Shown piece by piece: positions 8,682 through 17,708 of a stretch of 32,557 bases of DNA; position 1 is the first letter of the stretch; each line of letters starts with the position of its first letter. The DNA lies in IMG/VR virus record IMGVR_UViG_3300045988_146884; one strand, written 5' to 3'. Under the pieces are notes generated by a model. It did no database searches. It saw nothing but the letters and a program-made list of their open reading frames with translations, and was not told the DNA's origin. A program made the translations under genes and the position numbers. The stretch is from a virus.

Positions 8682-10936
8682 TGAGGTCTGATTTTCCGCC
8701 ACCGCAGGTTATTAAGACCGCGGCAGAGATAGCCAAGCACGGCATCACTGTTATCAATGCATCCGTAAGAGTCGATGGTGTAGATAAGGGAATGCATGAG
8801 GTGACTATCAACCAGTCTGCATCTAAGGATGCGGCCGGACGCCTAGCTACTAATGACGGCTTCTCCAATTCAGGGGCTACTATTACGTGGGATATTCCTA
8901 TGGGTGCTACACCCGATTTTGTGAGTCAGTCTGTATCGGCAGATAAACCTAATTTTGCGGATAAATTTAGTATCCCGTACCTTGGTGATAAGGTGGAGAT
9001 TTTTCTGCACAAGTCGCCCGCGTCCAGTACCAAGCAGTACTACAGTAAGGTCTTTACGGGGCGTGTCTCTTCTAATAAGATAGACTCGGCTACTGGCGGG
9101 CTGGTTACCGAGTGTGTGGACTATATCGACAATCTGTCTAAGGTTGTTGAGGTGCTTCCGCTTGCCTATGTTATGCCGGGTCGCCGCCGCACAGATAATG
9201 GGCGCTTCTATCCTAACGCGTCGTTGTCTTATTTTATTTGGGATATTTTGGAGCAATGCGGGTACTCGCCCGCTGCGAAGTCTAAGCTACCTGTCGATGA
9301 GAATAGGCAGGTGCTTCTGTATGCGCCGTTGCAGGGGTCTTTCATGTGCAATTGGCGGCGCGGGCATGGGCAGCTTATCGGAGCATCCGGCGGGTCTAAA
9401 TGGGGTGACACTGGTAGCCCAACTTTCACCTTCTTTTTTAGGGAAGGCACATCATATCTAACCAGTGGGCATGCAACATATGAGACGGCTAATGGGCATA
9501 ATAAGACGTATTCTAAAGGAACTCCGCTTATTCTGCGCGGTAAGAATAGTCCAGGCAGGTCTGGCGATACGTGGATTAATATTTATTGTGAGAAGGGTAG
9601 CGATAGGGATGCGGCGCGTTTCGGTATCCTGGCTGATGGGTCTATTGCTCTCGATACGGTCACTAAAGGTATGAAGCTTGCACCTGGGGCGCGTTTTGAG
9701 CTGAAAATTACAGGCAACAACTGGCGTGTAGACCAAGAAAATGGTGAGTACGCTACCGGTACGCTACCTGATACTCGGTTACGTGATGGTGGTAACCTGT
9801 ATGCTATTGAGATTTACGCGGCGCAGGGCGGGCATATCGCTGATGTGCTTCTACTTAATGGTGATTTGCCTTTCCAAGAGCGCACTTTAGCTCGTGTATC
9901 TCCCCCTGACCATTCCTTGTCTTTAGGATTTACGCGGTCTGTGCGTGGGCGTGTGGCAAGGGAAGTACTCGAAGAGGTTGCTGAGTATTTTTCATGCATG
10001 ATGTGGCATGATGCTGACGGCACACTAAATATTATGAATGTTCCGCGCCTCATAAAGAATAAGCCTACTATGCGCATTGACGCTGACGAGGTTATAAGCT
10101 GTGATGTTGTGCAGGACTCTACTAAGGTCGCGTCTGCTGTAAACATCTCGTACAATATCGCGGAGTGGTCGCGTATGGGCGCAAAAGGGAATGATGCGCC
10201 TGTGGTTTTTTGGCAAGGCTCGGGTGGTTCGCTTGAGCCAGGAGAGCGGCGCACGACCTGGTTCTCTCCAGCCGATACTGAGGAATGGTTTGAGACAGAC
10301 ACGGTTTTAAACTATGACTTCTTTTACCTTTTTACTCTCAACTCACAACCAAGGTGGGGCACAGACCCTGAATATGATAAAACCCTAAGGAAGCTTTACC
10401 ACGGATCCGTTGGTGAATTTATCTGGGAAGCCGGGATGACCGAAGGTCAATTCGAGCAATATGTGGATGACATTACGCCGTGGCAGTGGGTGCTACATGA
10501 GAAAAACCTTCAATCTAATGCGTCTATTACTGCTCGTCTCCCTACGATGCGTGAAGCGCACGGGATATTGGAAGACATGGCAGGCAAGCCTACGCCTATT
10601 ATTCGTGGCGGGCTAAAGATCGATTTCAGTAAGAACAGGAATATCGCAAGCTTTGCCGCGACTCCTACAGCCCAAAAAATGCCCGCCCTGGAGCTTGATG
10701 TAGGGCCTTGGGGGGATACGCAGAATAATGCACACGCGATCGCTCAGGATATTGCGGCTATGGCTAAATCGCGGATTCAGATTCCGAGTCTTACCATTTT
10801 CTTCCGCCCGGATATTAAAATTGGTGAGACATATACTGTCGAGTTGCCTAGCGGCGGTAATCTGAATGTCATTATTACTGGGGTTACTCACGTCCCGGCT
10901 GAGAACCAGACGCGGCTTACGTGTCGTGTCTACTAA
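8681..10936 (+). CDS. Tail-associated/baseplate hub protein (Tal-like minor tail protein), 751 aa
   Basis: TAATG coupling to the Dit-like gene. Second gene after the tape measure, with a fitting size. No enzymatic motif recognised. Confidence 0.5.
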   Translation: MRSDFPPPQVIKTAAEIAKHGITVINASVRVDGVDKGMHEVTINQSASKDAAGRLATNDGFSNSGATITWDIPMGATPDFVSQSVSADKPNFADKFSIPYLGDKVEIFLHKSPASSTKQYYSKVFTGRVSSNKIDSATGGLVTECVDYIDNLSKVVEVLPLAYVMPGRRRTDNGRFYPNASLSYFIWDILEQCGYSPAAKSKLPVDENRQVLLYAPLQGSFMCNWRRGHGQLIGASGGSKWGDTGSPTFTFFFREGTSYLTSGHATYETANGHNKTYSKGTPLILRGKNSPGRSGDTWINIYCEKGSDRDAARFGILADGSIALDTVTKGMKLAPGARFELKITGNNWRVDQENGEYATGTLPDTRLRDGGNLYAIEIYAAQGGHIADVLLLNGDLPFQERTLARVSPPDHSLSLGFTRSVRGRVAREVLEEVAEYFSCMMWHDADGTLNIMNVPRLIKNKPTMRIDADEVISCDVVQDSTKVASAVNISYNIAEWSRMGAKGNDAPVVFWQGSGGSLEPGERRTTWFSPADTEEWFETDTVLNYDFFYLFTLNSQPRWGTDPEYDKTLRKLYHGSVGEFIWEAGMTEGQFEQYVDDITPWQWVLHEKNLQSNASITARLPTMREAHGILEDMAGKPTPIIRGGLKIDFSKNRNIASFAATPTAQKMPALELDVGPWGDTQNNAHAIAQDIAAMAKSRIQIPSLTIFFRPDIKIGETYTVELPSGGNLNVIITGVTHVPAENQTRLTCRVY

Positions 10937-10952
10937 AGGATGGAGTTAGCAT

Positions 10953-11420
10953 ATGGGTTATGCGACTATTCGCGGCAGGTTTTTGAACCCTGCCGCACCT
11001 GTGGGTGGGAATGCTCGCCCGCTGCGAGGGAAGATCATTTTTCGTCCTACTAGCCTTGTTGTGTCTGGCTCAGCGGCTTCTCTGCCTGTTGAGGTGACGG
11101 CTGAGCTGGATTCTAGCGGGTACCTGTCATATGAGGGTGAGCGTGATATTCGTCTGCTCGCGCCTGAGGCTGGGCAGGATGCCCCGGCTTGGTGGTCGTG
11201 GGAGGCACACGCTCGTCTTTATACTGATGGGGGTGTTATCCCGCGTGACCCTGTGGTGTTTACTGTGCAGGCGGGTGACGCTTTGGATATTGCGGAGATT
11301 TTCGCCGCGCCCTACCGTCGAGGTAATGTGCGCAATGTTGAGACTGGTGGTGGCGGTTCTCCGCGTGACTACCGTGTCGTTGATAATGGTGATGGTACTG
11401 CCCGGATCGAGGAGGTCTAA
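10953..11420 (+). CDS. Minor tail protein, 155 aa
   Basis: ORF with SD aaaggatggag, located between the Tal-like and tail fibre genes. Confidence 0.45.
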   Translation: MGYATIRGRFLNPAAPVGGNARPLRGKIIFRPTSLVVSGSAASLPVEVTAELDSSGYLSYEGERDIRLLAPEAGQDAPAWWSWEAHARLYTDGGVIPRDPVVFTVQAGDALDIAEIFAAPYRRGNVRNVETGGGGSPRDYRVVDNGDGTARIEEV

Positions 11421-11422
11421 TT

Positions 11423-14400
11423 ATGGCTATTAGCGGTTTAAACCGGCTTGTGATTGCGGACGAGAGCGGGGCTCTTACGGGTCTCCCGCTTGCGTCTGCT
11501 CGTACTGCAGCTGAGCAGGTGGCTACTGAGAAAGTAACCGAGGCGAAGAATGAGATTCGGTCTGTTGCTGTGCAGGAAGCAAATCAAGTAGCAACCGAGA
11601 AGGTCGCTGCGGTCAAGTCGGAGGCTGTGCAGGCGGCTAAGGATAGTGTTTCGTCTGCTGTGGCTGAGGCTATTGCGCCTGTGGTGTCTACTACTATTCC
11701 AGCGGCTGTTGAGTCTGGTGTGCGGGAGCATGCTGGCGCTGTGGCTGATGAGCGGATTCAGGCTACTGTGCCTGGCATGATCCAGTCTCAGGCGGCTACT
11801 GTGGTCGAGTCTCAGCTGTCTGAGAAGCTTCCTACGGCTGTGCAGGCGGCGGCTGGTAGTGAGATTACCCGTCAGATTGATGAGCGTGTCACCCCTACGA
11901 TTGAGGCGAAGGTGTCTTCTGTAATTACAGAAAAATCCTCCTCTATCCGTGACGAGGTCGTGCAGTCTGTTGGAACCACTGTAGACGGCAAGATTGATAC
12001 TAAGATTGAGCAAGCTAAGCCTGGTATTGTGCAGGCGGCTACTGAGTCTGTGACTAGTGCCCTGCCTGCAAAAATTAGTGAAGGTATCACGCAAGCTAAG
12101 GGCGACATTGTGCAGGCTGCCACTGAATCTGTTGCAGGAACTATCGACACGAAAGTTAGCCAGGGTATCGAGCAGGCGCGGACTAGTATCGTGTCTGAAA
12201 CGCTGGGCTCTGTAGATCAGACTATTGACGGTAAGATTGATGCCGCTAAGACTGATATTCTGCGTGAGTCTGAGAAGAATGTTGCCCCGGTTGTTGCGCG
12301 CGCTATCGCTGATGCGAATATTGGTGAGCGTAATCATGGTTTCGGGCAGCGGAATATTTCTATGGTTTCCTACTATTGGCCTGATTACTATAACCGCGAT
12401 CAGCCGGGCAAGGTTTCGCAGTGGGATAAGACTCTGCTGTTTGGTGACACGCTTGGAATTGTTATTCTGAATAAGTCTAGCGGCAACTGGGGTACTCAGG
12501 TTGATAACGACTTCTTGACTCAGGGAAAGCTTGCTGAAGCGGCGGGGTGTAAGTATGTGGCTTTCTATTTCCAGACTCGTTACGGGGCTAACAGCGAGTT
12601 TGCTACGCCTGCGTATTTTGAGCGTATCCGCAAGAATCTGAATGTTTCTGCTGAGGCTGTGCGCGAGGACACTGAGGAAGCTATTCTTGCTCAGGTGCGT
12701 AACGTTGTTACCTGGTACAAGATTCAGGGAGGTTTGCGTAAGTTCGCGATCTTCCTTGACGAGGTTGTGAACGGCTGGGATGATGAGCAGAAGGCTATCA
12801 TGCCGTACTATAAGCGCCTGTACGGGAAAATCAAGGAAATAGCCGGGCAGGACACCCTTGTTATTATCAACCCTGGGTCGAATACGCGCCCTGAGATGAT
12901 GGATGCGTGCGATATTGCGTTGACGTATGAGTCTAATGCGCAGAAGTATATTGATGCGAAGGTGACGGATATTCACCCGCGTCATTATGACGGTATGCAG
13001 TCGTGGCGGTTCTGGCATGTTGTGCACGGTATCACTAAGGATAATGTGGATGCTGTGTTCGCTAAGGCGGATAAGGCTGGCATCGGGCACGTGTACGCAA
13101 CGGATCGTACTTTTGCTGTCGGCAATGGTAGCGAGGATGAACCAGACCAGAACCCGTATGATAAGGCACCTGCTGAGTGGGTGGCTGACCGTGCGAAGGC
13201 TTGGATCAATAATGTGCTGCCGTTTGAGCAGCGTGTTTCGCAGCTTGAGACTGTTCAGGTTGTGAATAATCGTGCGTATTCCATGCCTGAGGGTACGGAT
13301 ATTGCTGGTTTCTTCCTGCAAAGTGGCGCAGTTCACCCCGCCGGTGTGTTGTGGCAGACAGCCGGAAATGTTGCACCTTCTGCAGGTCTGGTTATTCTAG
13401 TGCGCGCAGGCGAGCAGATTTATGGGTATGTGCCTGGTGCTGCGACAGCTGCTGCGCCTGCACCTAACGTACCTCAGCCTGCGCAGCCTCCTGCACCGGC
13501 TGTTCCTGCACCTGCTACACCTGCTGGCGCACCCGACGCGCCTACTAACCTGCGTGTCACTACTGATGGTGGTAATCTCACGGTAACCTGGGATACTGTT
13601 GCTGGCGCTACTGGCTACCAGATAGCTATTGACGGGTCTTCGCCTATGGAAGCTCAGCCAGGGCACCGTTTCACCGCCAAATCTGGGCAGTCTGGTATCA
13701 TCCAGGTTCGCACTGTGAAGGGAGATCAGCATTCTGCGTGGACTCAGCTCGGGTACCAGGTTGCTAATATCCCGTCGTCTGAGAAGCCTGTCCAGTGGGT
13801 ATTTACGTATGCTCATGGTGGCTGGAAGGACAGCAATTCTAGTTCTGGTGTACTGCGTGAATACTTCTATGCGCCTGGTTTGAAGACTCCAGATGGTAAA
13901 GCTAGGTCATTCGAGTACCCTGTGTCACATAAAACTGGTGAGCCTCTTGAAGCGCCTAATAATATCAAGATACTTGGGCAGCACCTGACTTCCCCAGGAA
14001 ACATTTTCAAGAAGGATGGGGCTTATACTCTGGTTTCGTGGACTGGTGACGGTCCAAAGGCTGAGAACTCTGACCGTGAGAACGCTGTGTGGGAGCGTTC
14101 AGCATTGACTATCGCTAAGCATGGTGTGTCTACTGCCGCTAAGACCGATGGTAGTGGTCGTGAGTATGTTCTTGCCCCTGGGTTTACGTATGACCCGCGC
14201 TGGATAAATAACCCGAACCAGGGTGTTGAGAAGCGTGACGTGAAGCCTGGCGATAAGGGGCTTGAGGTGAAGCGGGCAGGTGATTTGATTATCATGTCGG
14301 TTGTACGTGCTGATGGCTCGCGTGAGCGTATCCACTGGTTCACTTATAACTCGATTAAGGCAGACGCTGGTATTGAGCTTTATGGTGGTACCTGGGGTGA

Positions 14401-14431
14401 GATTACTGGCGTATACTTCGAGGGGGCATAA
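11423..14431 (+). CDS. Tail fibre / receptor-binding protein with a Spherulin-4 (GH135-like) glycosidase domain, 1002 aa
   Basis: Domain order: N-terminal Ala/Val/Glu-rich repeats of about 27 aa (IVQAATESV appears twice); a central segment matching Spherulin-4 family blocks (VILNKSSGNWG, YFQTRYG, FAIFLDE, VIINPGSNTRP, LTYES, GHVYATD...NPYD); a Pro/Ala linker; an FN3-like module (PTNLRVT..LTVTWD..ATGYQI); and a C-terminal domain. Confidence 0.8.
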   Translation: MAISGLNRLVIADESGALTGLPLASARTAAEQVATEKVTEAKNEIRSVAVQEANQVATEKVAAVKSEAVQAAKDSVSSAVAEAIAPVVSTTIPAAVESGVREHAGAVADERIQATVPGMIQSQAATVVESQLSEKLPTAVQAAAGSEITRQIDERVTPTIEAKVSSVITEKSSSIRDEVVQSVGTTVDGKIDTKIEQAKPGIVQAATESVTSALPAKISEGITQAKGDIVQAATESVAGTIDTKVSQGIEQARTSIVSETLGSVDQTIDGKIDAAKTDILRESEKNVAPVVARAIADANIGERNHGFGQRNISMVSYYWPDYYNRDQPGKVSQWDKTLLFGDTLGIVILNKSSGNWGTQVDNDFLTQGKLAEAAGCKYVAFYFQTRYGANSEFATPAYFERIRKNLNVSAEAVREDTEEAILAQVRNVVTWYKIQGGLRKFAIFLDEVVNGWDDEQKAIMPYYKRLYGKIKEIAGQDTLVIINPGSNTRPEMMDACDIALTYESNAQKYIDAKVTDIHPRHYDGMQSWRFWHVVHGITKDNVDAVFAKADKAGIGHVYATDRTFAVGNGSEDEPDQNPYDKAPAEWVADRAKAWINNVLPFEQRVSQLETVQVVNNRAYSMPEGTDIAGFFLQSGAVHPAGVLWQTAGNVAPSAGLVILVRAGEQIYGYVPGAATAAAPAPNVPQPAQPPAPAVPAPATPAGAPDAPTNLRVTTDGGNLTVTWDTVAGATGYQIAIDGSSPMEAQPGHRFTAKSGQSGIIQVRTVKGDQHSAWTQLGYQVANIPSSEKPVQWVFTYAHGGWKDSNSSSGVLREYFYAPGLKTPDGKARSFEYPVSHKTGEPLEAPNNIKILGQHLTSPGNIFKKDGAYTLVSWTGDGPKAENSDRENAVWERSALTIAKHGVSTAAKTDGSGREYVLAPGFTYDPRWINNPNQGVEKRDVKPGDKGLEVKRAGDLIIMSVVRADGSRERIHWFTYNSIKADAGIELYGGTWGEITGVYFEGA

Positions 14432-14436
14432 GAGTA

Positions 14437-15234
14437 ATGAGTATGCTTCTGGCTTTATTGGCTAGTGGCAGCGCGGGGGCTGCGCCTGTGGTTCCCGCGG
14501 CCGCCCCGGCGGGTAAACCTGTTGTGCGCCGAAAATTTACCCTGGACGCGGACACTAACATGGTGTTCTTCTGTAACTCGTACTATGCTAAGTGGGCATA
14601 TGAAGGTATCCAGGATGTGCCGCCGCTCAAAGAGTTTTTCGCAAGTAAGGGTATGTCGCCAGTAAACTTTAGTGTCCCTGGTATTACATGGCCCATGATG
14701 GCGGCTACGTCACAGAACGCCGTTAACGCATTCAAGCCTGGTAAGCTAAACGTTCTCATGGTTGGCGAGACTCGCAACACTACGTTCAACCTCGGGAGAA
14801 CCATCACTGACGAGCAGGAACTAGTTCGCCTTACCCGCAACTGTATAGCAATGATCCAATGGGAGACATTCAAGAAGTACGGCGCGTACTGGGATTATGT
14901 CGTACTGGGTGGCACGTTCCCTACACAGTCTCCGTTTGGTGAACCTGATTCACAGGTTATCGCTGGTAACGAGGCAATGTCTAGGTATGACGAGTTTATG
15001 CGCAATGCGGATAATCTAAAGTCTGTTGGGGCTGACATTTATGTGGATTATCGCAAGCGTGCACCTGAGACTTTTGAAGGTAACGGTATTACTGTGAAGC
15101 CTGGGTTCATGTCTCAGCCTGGCAAGACTGTGCTAGAGGAACAGGAAAAGCATCTAGTGCATCCTACTAACTCTGCTAGGTCTACAATGGCTCGCTGTAT
15201 TAGAGATGCGATAGACGAATACTCTAGACGGTAG
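14437..15234 (+). CDS. Putative SGNH/GDSL-fold esterase-like tail accessory protein, 265 aa
   Basis: Possible SGNH blocks are MVFFCNSY (block I-like), LMVGETRN (block III-like) and HLVHPTNSARSTMA (block V-like DxxHPxxxG..A). The N-terminus is hydrophobic and Ala/Pro-rich. The call is weak. Confidence 0.4.
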   Translation: MSMLLALLASGSAGAAPVVPAAAPAGKPVVRRKFTLDADTNMVFFCNSYYAKWAYEGIQDVPPLKEFFASKGMSPVNFSVPGITWPMMAATSQNAVNAFKPGKLNVLMVGETRNTTFNLGRTITDEQELVRLTRNCIAMIQWETFKKYGAYWDYVVLGGTFPTQSPFGEPDSQVIAGNEAMSRYDEFMRNADNLKSVGADIYVDYRKRAPETFEGNGITVKPGFMSQPGKTVLEEQEKHLVHPTNSARSTMARCIRDAIDEYSRR

Positions 15235-15244
15235 CCAACATTTT

Positions 15245-15285
15245 ACTGCACCTACGCTTTATGTTTAGCGTGGGTGCAGTTTTAT
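15245..15285 (+). terminator. Rho-independent terminator ending the tail operon
   Basis: Stem ACTGCACCTACGC (15245-15257) pairs with GCGTGGGTGCAGT (15268-15280, one G.U pair), followed by TTTTAT. Confidence 0.8.
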
Positions 15286-15286
15286 A

Positions 15287-15317
15287 TTCAGGCATTCCCA
15301 TATTTTAGGGGTATAAT
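15287..15317 (+). promoter_or_regulatory. Candidate promoter of the lysis cassette
   Basis: Perfect TATAAT at 15312-15317, about 28 nt upstream of the GTG 15346 start and just downstream of the terminator. The -35 (ttcagg/caggca) is weak. Confidence 0.4.
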
Positions 15318-15345
15318 TCAGGCGACAAAAAAAGGGGGAATATGG

Positions 15346-15825
15346 GTGAACATTGAGTTACCTAAAACCGGGCATCCTGTAGTGGATGCGCTCGTTATCA
15401 TGTCTGCAGCGATAGCTATAACAGTCACGACAGGCATATACGTATACAAGGCTGTTAACAGCAAGCTATCTACACTGTCCGAACAGGTTAGCACTGTTGG
15501 CGAGAAAGTGCACGTCGTCAGCAAAGATGTTGAGGTAGCTAAACATCAGGTAAAAAACGACCACGGCACGAACTTGCGTGATGATATGGACGATATGCGA
15601 GACAGGCTAGACCTTATCCTTGCTGAGCAGTCTCGGCAGGGTGAGAAGCAACGCGAAATGAGTGAAGCTATACGCTCCAGTATGGCGGAGAACTCTCAGC
15701 TTAGAACGCACCTTGAGGGTGTGCGCAATGAGATGAGGCATGAGCGTGAACGTGTTGATAATATATTATTGGCGCAGACTGGCGTTTTGCCAGTTGTGCG
15801 AGCCGCAAGAAGGGAGGGCAAATAG
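15346..15825 (+). CDS. Membrane protein with one N-terminal TMD and a long charged coiled-coil tail (lysis-associated, holin-like or accessory), 159 aa
   Basis: GTG 15346 lies 7 nt after the AAAGGGGG SD. The track start at ATG 15274 lies inside the terminator stem. The TMD is VVDALVIMSAAIAITVTTGIYVY. The gene sits immediately upstream of the endolysin with a TAGTG overlap. Confidence 0.4.
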   Translation: MNIELPKTGHPVVDALVIMSAAIAITVTTGIYVYKAVNSKLSTLSEQVSTVGEKVHVVSKDVEVAKHQVKNDHGTNLRDDMDDMRDRLDLILAEQSRQGEKQREMSEAIRSSMAENSQLRTHLEGVRNEMRHERERVDNILLAQTGVLPVVRAARREGK

Positions 15826-16628
15826 TGGCTTATAAATTTGTGACTAACCGTGACGCTAAGAACTTCACACCTGGTTATTTGGTTCACTCTACTTTTGGGT
15901 ATGAGCGTGTTATTACGAATATCACGTTGCATTGGTGGGGTAAACCTGAGTGGAACCAAACCTGGGATCAGGTCATGGCGTTCTTCTGTGATTCGCCTAC
16001 TGTTGGCACGAGCGCCCATGAGGTTATCTCTGACGGTATCGTAGGCTATATCGTGGATCATTCTGCTGCTGCGTGGGCTAACGGTAACGCCAAGGGTAAC
16101 GCACAGAGTATTACACTGGAATGTAACCCGCGCATGAGCGAGGGTGACATGAACACTGTGGCCGAGCGTATAGCTGACATTTGGCGCGAGCAAGGTCGTA
16201 TCATCCCGCTAACCGAGCATAGGGACTGGTTCCCTACCGAATGCTCTGGTACTTGGAGTAAGGGTGAGATAACACGCCGAGCAATGGCATACTACAACGG
16301 GGGCGGTAGCTCTCAGAAAGATTGGTTTGATATGGCAACCAAGCAAGAATTAGAGGAAGTTGTATTCAACACTAAGCGGCCCGAGCTTGGGGGACGCACC
16401 CTAGCCGAAGCTGTGCGAGAGATCGACCAGAACACCTGGGCAGGCGTGCGCATGGTGAAGGTTCTGTTTAATCAGTTCCGTGTAGGTATCCCGCACCGAA
16501 TGAAGGACGGTTCGCTTGCTGTCGGTCTGCGTAAGCTTCTAGGATATTCTGACGAGGCTCAGGGCGATGCGCGTAAGACTGAGTTCGATCAGGACGCGCA
16601 GGCTATGTACCGCAATTTCCCTAACTAG
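15825..16628 (+). CDS. Endolysin, N-acetylmuramoyl-L-alanine amidase (Amidase_2/PGRP type) plus a C-terminal domain, 267 aa
   Basis: N-terminal motifs: ITLHWWG..., SAHEVISDG, AWANGNAKGNAQSITLECNP, LTEHRDW..TECSG. SD GGGAGGG lies upstream. Confidence 0.85.
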   Translation: MAYKFVTNRDAKNFTPGYLVHSTFGYERVITNITLHWWGKPEWNQTWDQVMAFFCDSPTVGTSAHEVISDGIVGYIVDHSAAAWANGNAKGNAQSITLECNPRMSEGDMNTVAERIADIWREQGRIIPLTEHRDWFPTECSGTWSKGEITRRAMAYYNGGGSSQKDWFDMATKQELEEVVFNTKRPELGGRTLAEAVREIDQNTWAGVRMVKVLFNQFRVGIPHRMKDGSLAVGLRKLLGYSDEAQGDARKTEFDQDAQAMYRNFPN

Positions 16629-16652
16629 TACTGAGATAAGGAAAAAAATATT

Positions 16653-17189
16653 ATGAACAATGAGCGTTATGCAGGAAACGTAACAAAAACCGCAACTATG
16701 GGTGTCGCTATGGTCGGTGCCGTAATGACTATTCTAGTCTTCATTGCTGGCCGTGCTGGTATAGAGCTGCCTAGTGAAGTCCAAGCAGCTATCTCTGCCC
16801 TTATACTAGGTGCAACCGCGTACCTTTTTGGTCGCAACGCCGTTGGAGAAAAAGCCCATACCGAGGGTATCGTGTCTGATGCTGTCGATTCGCACGTTGG
16901 TGACGCTGTTTCCAAGGCGGTAGGGGCTGTTGATTTCTACGAGGTAATGGAGGCTATCTCTCGTGGCGTTGTCGGTGAGCCTGCACCTGAGCATGTGTCT
17001 GAGGTGAAGCCTAACCCTGCTGATTCTATGCGTGAGCAGTGGGAGAAGGAAGCTCTTGGTGGTCGCCAGTACCGCTACGGCGAAGAGGGCGCACCTGAGG
17101 GCGGCTCACCGGGGCAGATTTATGACCCGCGTGTTGGTTGGGTTGACGAAAATCCGGATCAGTTTCCGAGTGATTCTGTAGCCCACTAG
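16653..17189 (+). CDS. Putative holin (two TMDs and a long hydrophilic C-terminus), 178 aa
   Basis: The TMDs are MGVAMVGAVMTILVFIAG and AAISALILGATAYLFG. It is the last gene of the lysis cassette and is followed by a strong terminator. Confidence 0.5.
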   Translation: MNNERYAGNVTKTATMGVAMVGAVMTILVFIAGRAGIELPSEVQAAISALILGATAYLFGRNAVGEKAHTEGIVSDAVDSHVGDAVSKAVGAVDFYEVMEAISRGVVGEPAPEHVSEVKPNPADSMREQWEKEALGGRQYRYGEEGAPEGGSPGQIYDPRVGWVDENPDQFPSDSVAH

Positions 17190-17196
17190 GGATAGT

Positions 17197-17247
17197 AATA
17201 ACCCCCGCACCTGCCACATGAATTAGGTGCGGGGGTTATTGTTTTGT
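17197..17247 (+). terminator. Strong intrinsic terminator at the convergence of the late/lysis operon and the leftward cassette
   Basis: A perfect 16-bp stem (AATAACCCCCGCACCT at 17197-17212 paired with AGGTGCGGGGGTTATT at 17225-17240) is followed by GTTTTGT. Confidence 0.9.
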
Positions 17248-17303
17248 CCGGAAACCAGAAAACAATACCTGAATCCATTATAGATAGTTTTGTTTACTTG
17301 GTA

Positions 17304-17549
17304 CTAATCCAGTATATCAGCCAGGCTCACGTCTTGGCACTCAATTCGATGTGATTTATATTGCATGTATGCCGCTAGTGCATGTGGGGCAAGTAGGACT
17401 ACTCCGATTACTGCGCATCCTGCTACGTATGCCATGTCTGCATAGAGGGTTTCTCCGATCATCGCGGATAGGATGTTGACGCATAGCAGGAATGTGGATA
17501 GACCGAGCATTACCCAGCCGAATGTTGCAATGTTCTTGGTGATTTTCAC
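17304..17549 (-). CDS. Small membrane protein, 81 aa
   Basis: ATG ORF with two hydrophobic helices (FGWVMLGLSTFLLCVNILSAMIG and VAGCAVIGVVLLAPHALAAY). It begins MKIT, like the ORF upstream of it. Confidence 0.55.
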   Translation of the reverse strand: MKITKNIATFGWVMLGLSTFLLCVNILSAMIGETLYADMAYVAGCAVIGVVLLAPHALAAYMQYKSHRIECQDVSLADILD

Positions 17550-17561
17550 GGGTGTTCCTTT

Positions 17562-17708
17562 CTAGAGTGTAAGTTTTAGGATTATTGCGAAGAGGATTGC
17601 TGGCAGTGCTGCGAAGTAGTTGCCTAATATTGCGGCTAATGTGAAGCCGATGAATAGGAGTATGCACATGCCTACTAGTAGGTTGTAGCAGTATTCGGTG
17701 ATTTTCAT
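17562..17708 (-). CDS. Tiny membrane protein, 48 aa (not in the ORF track)
   Basis: On the minus strand, its ATG is coupled to the upstream stop (TAATG at 17710-17706). The product is MKITEYCYNLLVGMCILLFIGFTLAAILGNYFAALPAILFAIILKLTL. It fills the gap between two called ORFs. Confidence 0.45.
   Translation of the reverse strand: MKITEYCYNLLVGMCILLFIGFTLAAILGNYFAALPAILFAIILKLTL

Noticed and set aside
11438-13336. A 632-aa ORF on the minus strand, the longest antisense ORF in the window
   Set aside because: It lies entirely inside the tail fibre gene, which has recognisable domains on the + strand. The antisense product is a low-complexity R/L/S/N-rich string with no SD or operon context. It is a shadow ORF caused by the codon bias of the sense gene.
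15274-15345. ATG 15274 as the start of the first lysis-cassette ORF
   Set aside because: This ATG lies inside the 3' arm of the tail-operon terminator and upstream of the TATAAT box. GTG 15346, 7 nt after AAAGGGGG, is the plausible start.
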